Shown: positions 17,254-24,716 of the stretch, one piece after another
How the letters are laid out: each line of letters opens with the position of its first letter
How positions within the stretch are numbered: the first letter of the stretch is position 1
DNA from: Deltaproteobacteria bacterium
GTDB taxonomy: Bacteria > Calditrichota > Calditrichia > RBG-13-44-9 > J075
Assembly: GCA_011526015.1 (NCBI GenBank)
Contig: WYBG01000418.1
Coordinates: forward strand, 1-43,891
Length of the DNA: 43,891 nucleotides
Direction: 5' to 3'
Notes under the pieces: model-generated
What the model saw: the letters and a program-made list of their open reading frames with translations, nothing else
The model's database searches: none
Told to the model about the DNA's origin: nothing
Position numbers and translations under genes: made by a program

Positions 17254-17772
17254 ATGAAAAAGCAACTCTACGCCTTTATTGCGGGAATCTGTTTCTTTGG
17301 CGGGCTTCTTTCCGCCGAAACCCTTCAACAAGCCTACCAGGAAGCCCTGCCGGGATTGGGGTATGAGCGCCTGATTTACCTCACCCCCGGGGAGATTTAC
17401 ACCGGCGGGCTGGCCATCGCCGATGAGAAAATCGGCATCAAAGGCCAGGGAGCGATCCTCGATCTGCAAGGGGGAATGATCTCCGCAGCCGGCAGCGCGG
17501 TAATCGATCTCGACGGCTGCGTGGTCATCAACGGTTCCAGGGGGCTGAACCTGGAAGGAAAGGCCAACAGCCTGGTAACCCACTGCACCTTTTATGGAAA
17601 CCAGTACGGTATTTACGCTTTCACCATCGGCATTGTGGAGGTTATGAACACCATCCTGGCGAACAGCACTACCTACGGTTTTGCCTGCGACGAAAATACC
17701 ACCTGCATCCTGCACTATCTCGATGCGTATCAGAACGCCGGGGGCAATTACATGGCCTGGTGCGAAAGCTGA
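17254..17772 (+). CDS. N-terminal part (signal peptide + right-handed beta-helix) of a split T9SS-secreted protein; ends at in-frame TGA
   Basis: AAGGAG RBS and signal peptide MKKQLYAFIAGICFFGGLLSA. Beta-helix-like repeats. Terminates ...NYMAWCES-TGA (17770-17772). Confidence 0.7.
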   Translation: MKKQLYAFIAGICFFGGLLSAETLQQAYQEALPGLGYERLIYLTPGEIYTGGLAIADEKIGIKGQGAILDLQGGMISAAGSAVIDLDGCVVINGSRGLNLEGKANSLVTHCTFYGNQYGIYAFTIGIVEVMNTILANSTTYGFACDENTTCILHYLDAYQNAGGNYMAWCES

Positions 17773-17916
17773 GGAGGCGGATCATTTCAGGCGTTTACGC
17801 CGCAGCCTGGTACAGGCTGTCTGACCCAAAATCCCCAATTTGTAAATCCGGCGCAAAAGAATTTTTCCATCCAAACCACTTCTCCCTGCGGACACTCCGG
17901 CTGCGAGGGCTATCAC

Positions 17917-19188
17917 ATGGGCGCCATCCCCTGCGAGGACATTCCCGCCGCACCGCCCTATTTTTCCATCAACGCCGGCAGCGCCTCCGGCGAAATATTG
18001 CTGCGCTGGATCAATCCTGCCAAAACCTTCCAGGGAAATCCGCTGGACTCCTTAAGCGCAGTGCACATCTGGCGCAACGATACCTTGATCACCGAGATAA
18101 CCGATTTTACCGGCGCGGATACCCTGGAATTTTCCGATCAGCTGCCGCAGCCGGATTATTACCGCTACACCATTCGCGCCGTCGATTCCGCGGGCTCGAA
18201 AGGATGCCGCCTCTACGGCATCGAATCCTGGCAGGGCGGGCCGATCAACGGCATCGTCATCTGGGAACTGGATAAAACCCCCATTACCGGCTCTGCTTTC
18301 CACTCCCTGCTGCGCTCGGCTGAATATTCCGCTCCCATTTACGTGAGCCGCAGCGCGGTACGCTACCCACTGGAATCCGCTCTCGACCTGGTAATCGTTT
18401 GCCTGGGCATTTTTCCCAACAACCACGTGCTGGCAGACGAGGAAGCCCAGCTTCTAAAGAATTACCTGGATGCCGGCGGCAATGTCTATATGGAAGGCGG
18501 CGATACCTGGTATTTCGACACCCAAACCGTGGTGCATCCTTACTTCAAGATCAACGCCACCGCGGACGGTTCAAACGATCTTTCCATGGTGGACGGGCAA
18601 CCGGGCACTCCCTACCAGGAGATGAGTTTTACCTACACCGGAGAAAACTCCTGGATGGACCACATCGAAGCCACCCCTCAAAGCCAGCGCATTCTCAAGA
18701 ATCACACACTTGGAACGGGCGTCGGGGTCGCCTGTGTCGGCAACGAGTATAAAACCATCGGAACCGCGTTCGAGTTTGGCGGGCTGGTGGATGGGGCCTC
18801 CCCTTCGACTAAAAAAGACCTGCTGATGGCCATGCTGGAATTTTTTGGCATCCAGATTACCGCCATCACGCCGCCGATTGCGGGGAACGTTCCTTCGGAG
18901 TTCCAGTTGAAACCTAACTTTCCCAATCCCTTCAACAGCAGCACCGCGTTCACGTTCGGGCTGCCGGGCAGGGGCGAGGTGGAATTCACAATCTATGACC
19001 TTGCCGGGCGAAAAGTATTTCAGGAAAACCTGGGCGAGCGGGAAGCCGGCTGGCACGTTTTCCGCTGGAACGGGCAGGCTAACCGCGGCGCTGCCATTGC
19101 CAGCGGCATCTATTTCTACCGCTTTGCCTACCGGGATTTGCGTAACCGGGTTATTTTGCAAAGCGGAAAACTGCACCTGGTGCGGTAG
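17917..19188 (+). CDS. C-terminal part (FN3-like, unknown domain, T9SS C-terminal sorting domain) of the same split gene
   Basis: Same frame as 17254. The frame stays open from 17773 (EAGSFQAFTPQPGTGCLTQNPQFVNPAQKNFSIQTTSPC, a typical beta-helix C-cap). There is no signal peptide of its own. The CTD reads FPNPFNSSTAFTFGLP...IYDLAGRKV...SGIYFYRF. Confidence 0.7.
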   Translation: MGAIPCEDIPAAPPYFSINAGSASGEILLRWINPAKTFQGNPLDSLSAVHIWRNDTLITEITDFTGADTLEFSDQLPQPDYYRYTIRAVDSAGSKGCRLYGIESWQGGPINGIVIWELDKTPITGSAFHSLLRSAEYSAPIYVSRSAVRYPLESALDLVIVCLGIFPNNHVLADEEAQLLKNYLDAGGNVYMEGGDTWYFDTQTVVHPYFKINATADGSNDLSMVDGQPGTPYQEMSFTYTGENSWMDHIEATPQSQRILKNHTLGTGVGVACVGNEYKTIGTAFEFGGLVDGASPSTKKDLLMAMLEFFGIQITAITPPIAGNVPSEFQLKPNFPNPFNSSTAFTFGLPGRGEVEFTIYDLAGRKVFQENLGEREAGWHVFRWNGQANRGAAIASGIYFYRFAYRDLRNRVILQSGKLHLVR

Positions 19189-19224
19189 CGAATACCGCCG
19201 TTTTCTTTAATCATTATAGAAAAT

Positions 19225-19262
19225 CTCCCGGGGGCTTGAAGCCTCCGGGAGGTTTGATATTT
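19225..19262 (+). terminator. Rho-independent terminator after the T9SS gene
   Basis: CTCCCGGGGGC ttgaa GCCTCCGGGAG (11 bp, one G-U) followed by GTTTGATATTT. Confidence 0.65.
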
Positions 19263-19296
19263 ACTCCCTATCCACCCTCAAGCTGCCAACGAAACT

Positions 19297-19701
19297 ATGC
19301 CTCCCAGCCCCCTCACGATAACCCGCTCCTTTGTGGCAATGATCAATGCCCGCAACGCCGAAGGCCTCCGGGATTTGATGGCCGAGAACCACCTGTTTAC
19401 GGACAGTCTCGGGCAAACCGTGGAAGGCCAGGAAGCGATGTATGCCGCCTGGAAAGCCTATTTCCGGATGGCGCCGGATTACGAAATCGTTTGTGAGAAG
19501 ATGCTTTGCGCCGGCAACACCGTGGTGATTTTAGGGAGAGCCAGGGGAACCTGCGCGCCCGGGGGCAGTCTTTCCCCGGCCAATCACTGGGACGTTCCCG
19601 CGGCCTGGAAAGCGGTGATCCGCAAAAACCGGGTGGCGCAATGGCAGGTCTATGCCGACAACGAGCCGGTGCGAAGAATACTTGCGGCGGCAAAATTTTA
19701 A
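19297..19701 (+). CDS. NTF2/SnoaL-like fold protein
   Basis: 134 aa. The pattern ITRSFVAMINARNAEGLRDLMAENHLF...WKAVIRKNRVAQWQVYADN is typical of SnoaL-like/ketosteroid-isomerase-like proteins. Confidence 0.6.
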   Translation: MPPSPLTITRSFVAMINARNAEGLRDLMAENHLFTDSLGQTVEGQEAMYAAWKAYFRMAPDYEIVCEKMLCAGNTVVILGRARGTCAPGGSLSPANHWDVPAAWKAVIRKNRVAQWQVYADNEPVRRILAAAKF

Positions 19702-19740
19702 AATCTCGTTTCATCCACAGCCGGAATGGTTAAATTTCAG

Positions 19741-19868
19741 GGCTATAGGGGCGCAGAGCGCATAGGGCAGAGCGCCACACAATGAAATATCTTACCCCTT
19801 GCACCACGCACTATGCTCTTTGCGCCATGCTCTTTGCGCTATGCGCTCTGCTCTCTGCGCCATGCGCG
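19741..19868. repeat. GCAGAGCG/CATAGGG word inverted repeat with heptamer-phased right arm
   Basis: Perfect 13-bp stem GCAGAGCGCATAG (19753-19765) / CTATGCGCTCTGC (19839-19851). Right arm 19808-19868 reads gcactat gctcttt gcgccat gctcttt gcgctat gcgctct gctctct gcgccat gcgcg. Shares GCGCATAGGGCAGAG with 24583-24597. Confidence 0.85.
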
Positions 19869-19902
19869 TTACGAACGGTTAACACAAACACGGGTAGGTG
19901 AC

Positions 19903-21018
19903 ATGAAACGATTTCGGATGAAACTTGCGGCCCTCCTGGGGTTCGCTTTGCTGTGGTTCAGCGGCTGCGATACCAACCCCCCGGCGATGTACCGGGTGGA
20001 TTTACAAAATACCGGCTTTTATAAAAACCAGCGCCCGCTTGAAAAATTCAACCGCGCCAAGTGGCAATATCCCGCGTCCGATCATTTCTTTTCCTCCCCA
20101 CTGGTAGTGGGAAAGCGAATCTATGTCGGCAACGCCAACGGCCGCCTCTATTCGTTCGATTTAGAGGGAAATAAAAAATGGGAATTTCAAATCCCCGGCG
20201 GCATCTATTCCACCCCTGCCATTGCAAAAGGGGTTGCCTACGTCGGAAACCAGGACGGGGGGTTGTTCGCCGTTAACCTGAAGAATGGAAAAGAGAAGTG
20301 GCGCTCGACGCTGGAGGCCCGTATCTATGCTTCTCCGGTGGAGCTGGACGGGGTGGTTTATTTCGGCAGCCTGGGCGGGGTGTTCTTCGCCGTTGACGCG
20401 GAAAGCGGAAAGGAAAAATGGCGCTACACCGCCGCGGATAAAATCTATTCATCTCCCGCCATCAAAGACGGGGTAGCCTATTTCGGATGCAGTTCCGGCG
20501 AATTGTATGCTCTGAACCTGAGCGACGGTTCGGAAAAATGGAAACAGAAAATCCGCGAAAGCAGCATAGTTAGCGAAGGTATCCTTTCTTCCCCGGCAAT
20601 CGCGGATACGTTCATCTATTTCGGGACCATGAACGGTTTTTTTGTCGCCTTGCACAGCGAAACCGGCAAATTGATTTGGGAGTACCAGCTTCCCCAGCCG
20701 GTAACTTCCTCGCCGGGAGTGAACGCGAAAATGGTCTATTTTGGGTGCTGGGACAGCTCGTTTTACGCCCTGGACCGCTTCAGCGGAAAACTGCGCTGGG
20801 AGTTTGAAACCCGCGACCAGGTATTAGGCTCTCCCGCCATTGCCGGCGATTACGTCTATTTCGGCAGCCGCGACGGCAATCTCTACGCTTTAGACGCTTT
20901 GGGCGGCACGGAACGATGGCGATTTACTACGGACTTGAGCATCGCCGCCACGCCGGCAATCCATAACGGCATCGTTTATATCGGGGGGCAAAACCGCATT
21001 TTTTACGCACTGGAATAG
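19903..21018 (+). CDS. PQQ-like beta-propeller repeat lipoprotein (BamB-like fold)
   Basis: Repeated SSP.v..g.vYfGs.dG.lyAld..tGkekW units. Lipobox WFSGC. Start placed at ATG 19903, because the longer ORF from 19813 is translated from the repeat array. Confidence 0.8.
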   Translation: MKRFRMKLAALLGFALLWFSGCDTNPPAMYRVDLQNTGFYKNQRPLEKFNRAKWQYPASDHFFSSPLVVGKRIYVGNANGRLYSFDLEGNKKWEFQIPGGIYSTPAIAKGVAYVGNQDGGLFAVNLKNGKEKWRSTLEARIYASPVELDGVVYFGSLGGVFFAVDAESGKEKWRYTAADKIYSSPAIKDGVAYFGCSSGELYALNLSDGSEKWKQKIRESSIVSEGILSSPAIADTFIYFGTMNGFFVALHSETGKLIWEYQLPQPVTSSPGVNAKMVYFGCWDSSFYALDRFSGKLRWEFETRDQVLGSPAIAGDYVYFGSRDGNLYALDALGGTERWRFTTDLSIAATPAIHNGIVYIGGQNRIFYALE

Positions 21019-21022
21019 CGAG

Positions 21023-21092
21023 GCCAATTGGCAATTCTCAATTACAATTAGCAATTAGCAATTGGCAATTGGCAATTGGCAATTGCTAATTA
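21023..21092. repeat. Ten-unit GCAATTG heptamer array between convergent genes
   Basis: gccaatt ggcaatt ctcaatt acaatta gcaatta gcaattg gcaattg gcaattg gcaattg ctaatta. CAATTG is self-complementary, so the array self-pairs in many registers. Confidence 0.85.
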
Positions 21093-21105
21093 TTTAAAGC
21101 CAACT

Positions 21106-21765
21106 TCATCCCTCGAATTGATGGCGAATGATTTTGGCTTCTTTCATAAATACCACGTCTTCGCCGATGTTGGTAGAGAGATCCGCCACCCGTTCCAGGT
21201 TCCGGGCGATACGCACCGCGGCAAAGCCTTGCTCCATTTGTTCCGGATTGTTGCGGAGCACTTCGATGGTATCCAGTACGATTTTGCGATAAAGATCATC
21301 TACCAAAGAGTCCTGGGCGCATACTTTTCGCGCCAGATCCGAGTCCTGGTGGATAAAGGCGCTCACCGCGTCATGGAGCATTTTGCAGGAAAGCTCGCTC
21401 ATCTGGAAAAGCTCGTCAAGGGCTTGAACATAGGGCTTTTCTCCCCACTCTATAACCGTCTGGGCGATATTGACAGCGTGGTCGCCGATCCGCTCCAGGT
21501 CGCTGTTCATCTTTAATCCCGCAACGATAAACCGCAGATCGATGGCCACCGGCTGCTGCAAGGCCAGCAGCGCCAGAATCTGATCTTCAATCGCTACTTC
21601 TTTGCGGTCGATTTCCTCATCCAGGTCGATTACCTGCTGCGCCAGTTGGGGGTCCCTTTTTTCCAGCGCCCGCATGGCCTGCCGGATGCTATGCTCCGCT
21701 TCGTTCGCCAGAAATATCAAATCTTTTTTAATACTCTCTAAGAGCTGGATAAACTTTTCTTTCAT
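21106..21765 (-). CDS. phoU: Phosphate signalling complex protein PhoU
   Basis: Two PhoU repeats (DxxIDxxE... and ERIGDHAVNIA / ERVADLSTNIGEDVVF). ATG at 21765; the ORF track opens 2 codons earlier at a TTG. Confidence 0.9.
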   Translation of the reverse strand: MKEKFIQLLESIKKDLIFLANEAEHSIRQAMRALEKRDPQLAQQVIDLDEEIDRKEVAIEDQILALLALQQPVAIDLRFIVAGLKMNSDLERIGDHAVNIAQTVIEWGEKPYVQALDELFQMSELSCKMLHDAVSAFIHQDSDLARKVCAQDSLVDDLYRKIVLDTIEVLRNNPEQMEQGFAAVRIARNLERVADLSTNIGEDVVFMKEAKIIRHQFEG

Positions 21766-21837
21766 CGGCAAATTCCCGTAAAAAGTGGTGGTTATCGGGG
21801 ATACGTGATGCGTAACTCGTAACCGTTCTTACTCATT

Positions 21838-21956
21838 ACGTATTGCGTATTACGCATTACGTTTTACGCATTACGTTTTACGCATTACGTTTTAGGTATT
21901 GCGTATTCCGTAGTTCGTAGTTCGTAGTTCGTATTACGCAATACGGAATACGCACT
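21838..21956. repeat. Seventeen consecutive 7-nt units (NCGNNNT word family) between pstB and phoU
   Basis: Includes 3 perfect copies of TACGCATTACGTTT (21851-21892), 3 of CGTAGTT (21909-21929), and a 13-bp stem 21900-21912 / 21942-21954 (tGCGTATTCCGTA / TACGGAATACGCa). Confidence 0.9.
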
Positions 21957-21962
21957 CCGGGC

Positions 21963-22805
21963 TTATCCGAAGCGCCCGGTAATATAATCCTCGGTCATTT
22001 TCTCTTTGGGATTGGTAAAAATCTTTTTGGTGGTGTCGAATTCCACCATTTCGCCTAACATCATAAAGGCGGTGTAGTCGGAAATCCGTCCCGCCTGCTG
22101 CATATTGTGGGTGACGATGACGATGGTGTATTCTTCTTTCAACTCGTTGATGGTTTCTTCGATTTTGCCGGTGGAAATTGGGTCCAACGCCGAGGCCGGC
22201 TCGTCCATCAGGATGATATCCGGCTTGTTGGCCAGGGTGCGGGCAATGCACAAGCGCTGTTGCTGGCCGCCGGAGAGGTCCAGCGCGGAGGCCTGCAAGC
22301 GATCTTTTATTTCTTTCCAGAGATCCGCCTGTTTCAAGGAAGATTCCACCATCTCTTCCAGTTCGGATTTATTGGTAATTCCGTTTACCCGGGGACCAAA
22401 CGCCACGTTTTCCCAAACGCTCATGGGAAAAGGGTTGGATTTCTGGAATACCATGCCCACCTTTTTGCGCAATTCTTCCAGGCGGATCCCGTTTTTATAA
22501 ATATCCTCTCCCTCGATGAGCACTTTTCCTTTCAGAAAAGAACCGGGAATAAGGTCGTTCATGCGGTTGAAGCAGCGCAGCAGGGTGGATTTTCCGCAGC
22601 CGGAGGGGCCGATAAAGGCGGTCACTTTCCGGTAGGGAATGCGAATATTAACCTTTTTCAACGCATGGGACTCCGCCGAATAATAAAAATCCAGGTCTGT
22701 CGTCTCAATAACGATTTTTTCCCCGGCCAGGGCGAAAAATTCAGCGGGAATTTCCGGATGAGCGGTGTCGGCCATCATCTCCATATCCTTTTGAAGCATT
22801 TCCAT
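21963..22805 (-). CDS. pstB: Phosphate ABC transporter ATP-binding protein PstB
   Basis: Walker [10 protein letters not shown], signature LSGGQQQRL, Walker B ILMDEP, and PstB-specific RCFNRMNDL. Confidence 0.95.
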   Translation of the reverse strand: MEMLQKDMEMMADTAHPEIPAEFFALAGEKIVIETTDLDFYYSAESHALKKVNIRIPYRKVTAFIGPSGCGKSTLLRCFNRMNDLIPGSFLKGKVLIEGEDIYKNGIRLEELRKKVGMVFQKSNPFPMSVWENVAFGPRVNGITNKSELEEMVESSLKQADLWKEIKDRLQASALDLSGGQQQRLCIARTLANKPDIILMDEPASALDPISTGKIEETINELKEEYTIVIVTHNMQQAGRISDYTAFMMLGEMVEFDTTKKIFTNPKEKMTEDYITGRFG

Positions 22806-22833
22806 GTTGGTTCTACCTGTAATTCCGAATTTT

Positions 22834-22910
22834 ACGCAATACGTGATGCGTATTTCGTATTACGTATTGCGTATTATGTTTTACGCAATACGCATTACGC
22901 AATACGCAAT
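22834..22910. repeat. Eleven 7-nt units of the ACGCAAT/CGTATTG family between pstA and pstB
   Basis: TACGCAATACG occurs at 22833-43, 22882-92 and 22896-906. Its complement CGTATTGCGTA at 22863-73 can pair with either neighbour. The last unit ends on the pstA stop codon. Confidence 0.9.
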
Positions 22911-24565
22911 TAAAATGTCGATCCTCTGTATTTCTTTCGCAACCGGTTTCTAAAGTAGATTGCCACCAGGTTTAGCAGCACCACGATCACGATTAACAAG
23001 AGCGCGGTGGTGTACACCATCGGTTTGGCGGCTTCCACGTTGGGCGACTGGAATCCCACATCGTAAATGTGAAATCCCAGGTGCATGAATTTTCGATCCA
23101 GGTGCAGGAACGGGAAGGAGCCGTCGATGGCCAGGGTGGGGGCGAGTTTAACTACCCCGGTGATCATCAGCGGGGCTACCTCGCCGGCCCCGCGGCTGAT
23201 GGCCAGGATCAACCCGGTTAGAATCCCGGGCAGGGCGTTGGGTAACACCACCTTGCGGATCATCTGCCAGCGGGTGGCGCCCAGGGCTAACGCTCCTTCT
23301 TTGTTGGCGCGCGGCACCGCCAGCAGTCCTTCTTCCGTGGCCACCACCACCACCGGCAGGGTCAGCAGCGCCAGGGTCAGGGAAGCCCACAGGATTCCCC
23401 CGGTTCCGAAAGTGGGCTCGGGCAATTTGTCGCTGAAAAAGAACTGGTCGATGGAGCCGCCCACGGCGTAGATGAAAAATCCCAATCCGAATACCCCGAA
23501 GACAATCGAGGGAACCCCGGCAAGGTTGTTTACCGAGAGGCGGATGAATCGGATCATGGTACCCTGCCTGGCGTATTCGTTCAGGTAGATCGCCGCCATC
23601 ACCCCGAAGGGAACCACGGCAATGGACATCAGCAGCACCATCACCACGGTGCCGAAGATTGCCGGGAACACCCCGCCCTCGGTGTTGGATTCCCGGGGCT
23701 CATCGGCCACGAATTCCCATAATTTCCCCGCGTAGATCCACGCTTTTGCGGGGCCGCTCATCATGTTCGGCTGGAAAAAACGCACGATTTCCGAGAAGTA
23801 AATCTCTTTCTCCGCCCCTTCCGCAGTGGCCACTGTCAAAATGATGGAACGGTTTTGGAGGGTGAGCCTCTCGAGTTCCTGGTTCAATATCCCGTATTCA
23901 TCGGCGATGGATTGTTCTTGCTTTGTGGCTTCTTCTTGTAATTCGGCCAGTTTTTGCTGGCCTTTTTCGGTTTTCGCCTGCGGGGAAAGTTGCAGCAGGG
24001 TAATTTCGCGCTGCAAGTTCGCCAGCGGCTGCATCAAATTATTCAGATCTTCCTGGGTATTTTCGATGCGCTCCCGGGTTGCAATAGCCAGCCGGTGCGC
24101 TTCCTGCGCTTTTTCGATTAATATTTCGCCAGGCTGCTCAAACCGCTCATCCCCGATCTGCACCAGGCGGATAAACCCGAAAAATTTTCCGTATTCCCGG
24201 CGCTCGATGGTCACCGCTTCCGTGGGATCGCTTTCTTCCGAGACCTGCGCCCGGGTCAGCCAGATAAAATCCCTCCCGTAAAGGTCGCGATTTCCGATCT
24301 TGAGTTGGAACTGTTCTTCTTTGTGTTCCTTGCCCTCGGCGTCCACCCGGTACACGGTTTTTGATTCCCACATTTCCCCCAGGTAAGCGCTATCGTTTTG
24401 TAATTTCACCAGCACGGTATCCCGGGGCCAGAAGAAGGATAACCCCCGGGTCAAGATCACCAGAATGATCCAAACCACCATCCCCAGGGAGATTACTAAC
24501 CCCAGGCTGGCCGCAAAAATATAAGAATCACCCTTTTGTTTAAAATAACTGATTCTACGTTCCAT
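22910..24565 (-). CDS. pstA: Phosphate ABC transporter permease PstA, long form with about 250-aa extracytoplasmic coiled-coil insertion
   Basis: C-terminal permease core with EGALALGATRWQMIRKVVLP...RGAGEVAPL. One N-terminal TM, then a heptad-rich segment (LNNLMQPLANLQREITLLQ...LAELQEEATKQEQ). Confidence 0.9.
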   Translation of the reverse strand: MERRISYFKQKGDSYIFAASLGLVISLGMVVWIILVILTRGLSFFWPRDTVLVKLQNDSAYLGEMWESKTVYRVDAEGKEHKEEQFQLKIGNRDLYGRDFIWLTRAQVSEESDPTEAVTIERREYGKFFGFIRLVQIGDERFEQPGEILIEKAQEAHRLAIATRERIENTQEDLNNLMQPLANLQREITLLQLSPQAKTEKGQQKLAELQEEATKQEQSIADEYGILNQELERLTLQNRSIILTVATAEGAEKEIYFSEIVRFFQPNMMSGPAKAWIYAGKLWEFVADEPRESNTEGGVFPAIFGTVVMVLLMSIAVVPFGVMAAIYLNEYARQGTMIRFIRLSVNNLAGVPSIVFGVFGLGFFIYAVGGSIDQFFFSDKLPEPTFGTGGILWASLTLALLTLPVVVVATEEGLLAVPRANKEGALALGATRWQMIRKVVLPNALPGILTGLILAISRGAGEVAPLMITGVVKLAPTLAIDGSFPFLHLDRKFMHLGFHIYDVGFQSPNVEAAKPMVYTTALLLIVIVVLLNLVAIYFRNRLRKKYRGSTF

Positions 24566-24582
24566 ATCTTTTCCTTCGCATG

Positions 24583-24716
24583 GCGCATAGGGCAGAGAGC
24601 ATAGTGCAACGGGTATGGCATATCGAACCCATGTGGAGATGTGTCACCATAATTTTATTGCGCTGCTCTGCCCTGGGCGCTATGCTCTATGCGCTATGCA
24701 CTCTGCGCTTTGCGCC
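24583..24716. repeat. GCGCATAGGGCAGAG word inverted repeat between pstC and pstA
   Basis: Left arm 24583-24600 pairs imperfectly with 24662-24680. Right arm 24677-24716 reads gcgctat gctctat gcgctat gcactct gcgcttt gcgcc and ends on the pstC stop codon. Confidence 0.8.

Noticed and set aside
17770-17772. Stop-codon reassignment (code 4/25 for TGA; or TAA reassignment for 5135)
   Set aside because: TGA, TAA and TAG each terminate many well-supported genes in this window at positions matching family lengths (e.g. TGA for the PRODH, phoU and rsmB genes; TAA for pstB and pstS; TAG for pstC).
17788-17819. Bacterial SECIS element downstream of the in-frame TGA at 17770
   Set aside because: Only short stems (4-7 bp) are present. 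The best one has a 3-nt loop whose distance from UGA (about 38 nt) is at the edge of the usual window. This is not enough to call Sec; it is kept only as a hypothesis in the findings.
19813-19902. N-terminal extensions offered by the ORF track (also 6136, 12499, 15537, 28084, 34854, 36989)
   Set aside because: The extensions are translated from repeat arrays or leaders. They lack RBSs and would bury signal peptides. Internal ATGs with SD sites and proper N-termini were preferred.
21911-21929. UAG-N4-UAG-N4-UAG, a HutP-type antiterminator binding pattern
   Set aside because: The pattern is on the plus strand, but the operon is transcribed from the minus strand, so the mRNA carries CUA instead. 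It is most simply a consequence of the heptamer repeat.
21838-21956. CRISPR array (also considered for 22834-22910 and 38565-38673)
   Set aside because: The units are 7-14 nt and directly abutting, with no unique spacers of 25-40 nt. No cas genes are present. These are tandem word arrays, not CRISPRs.
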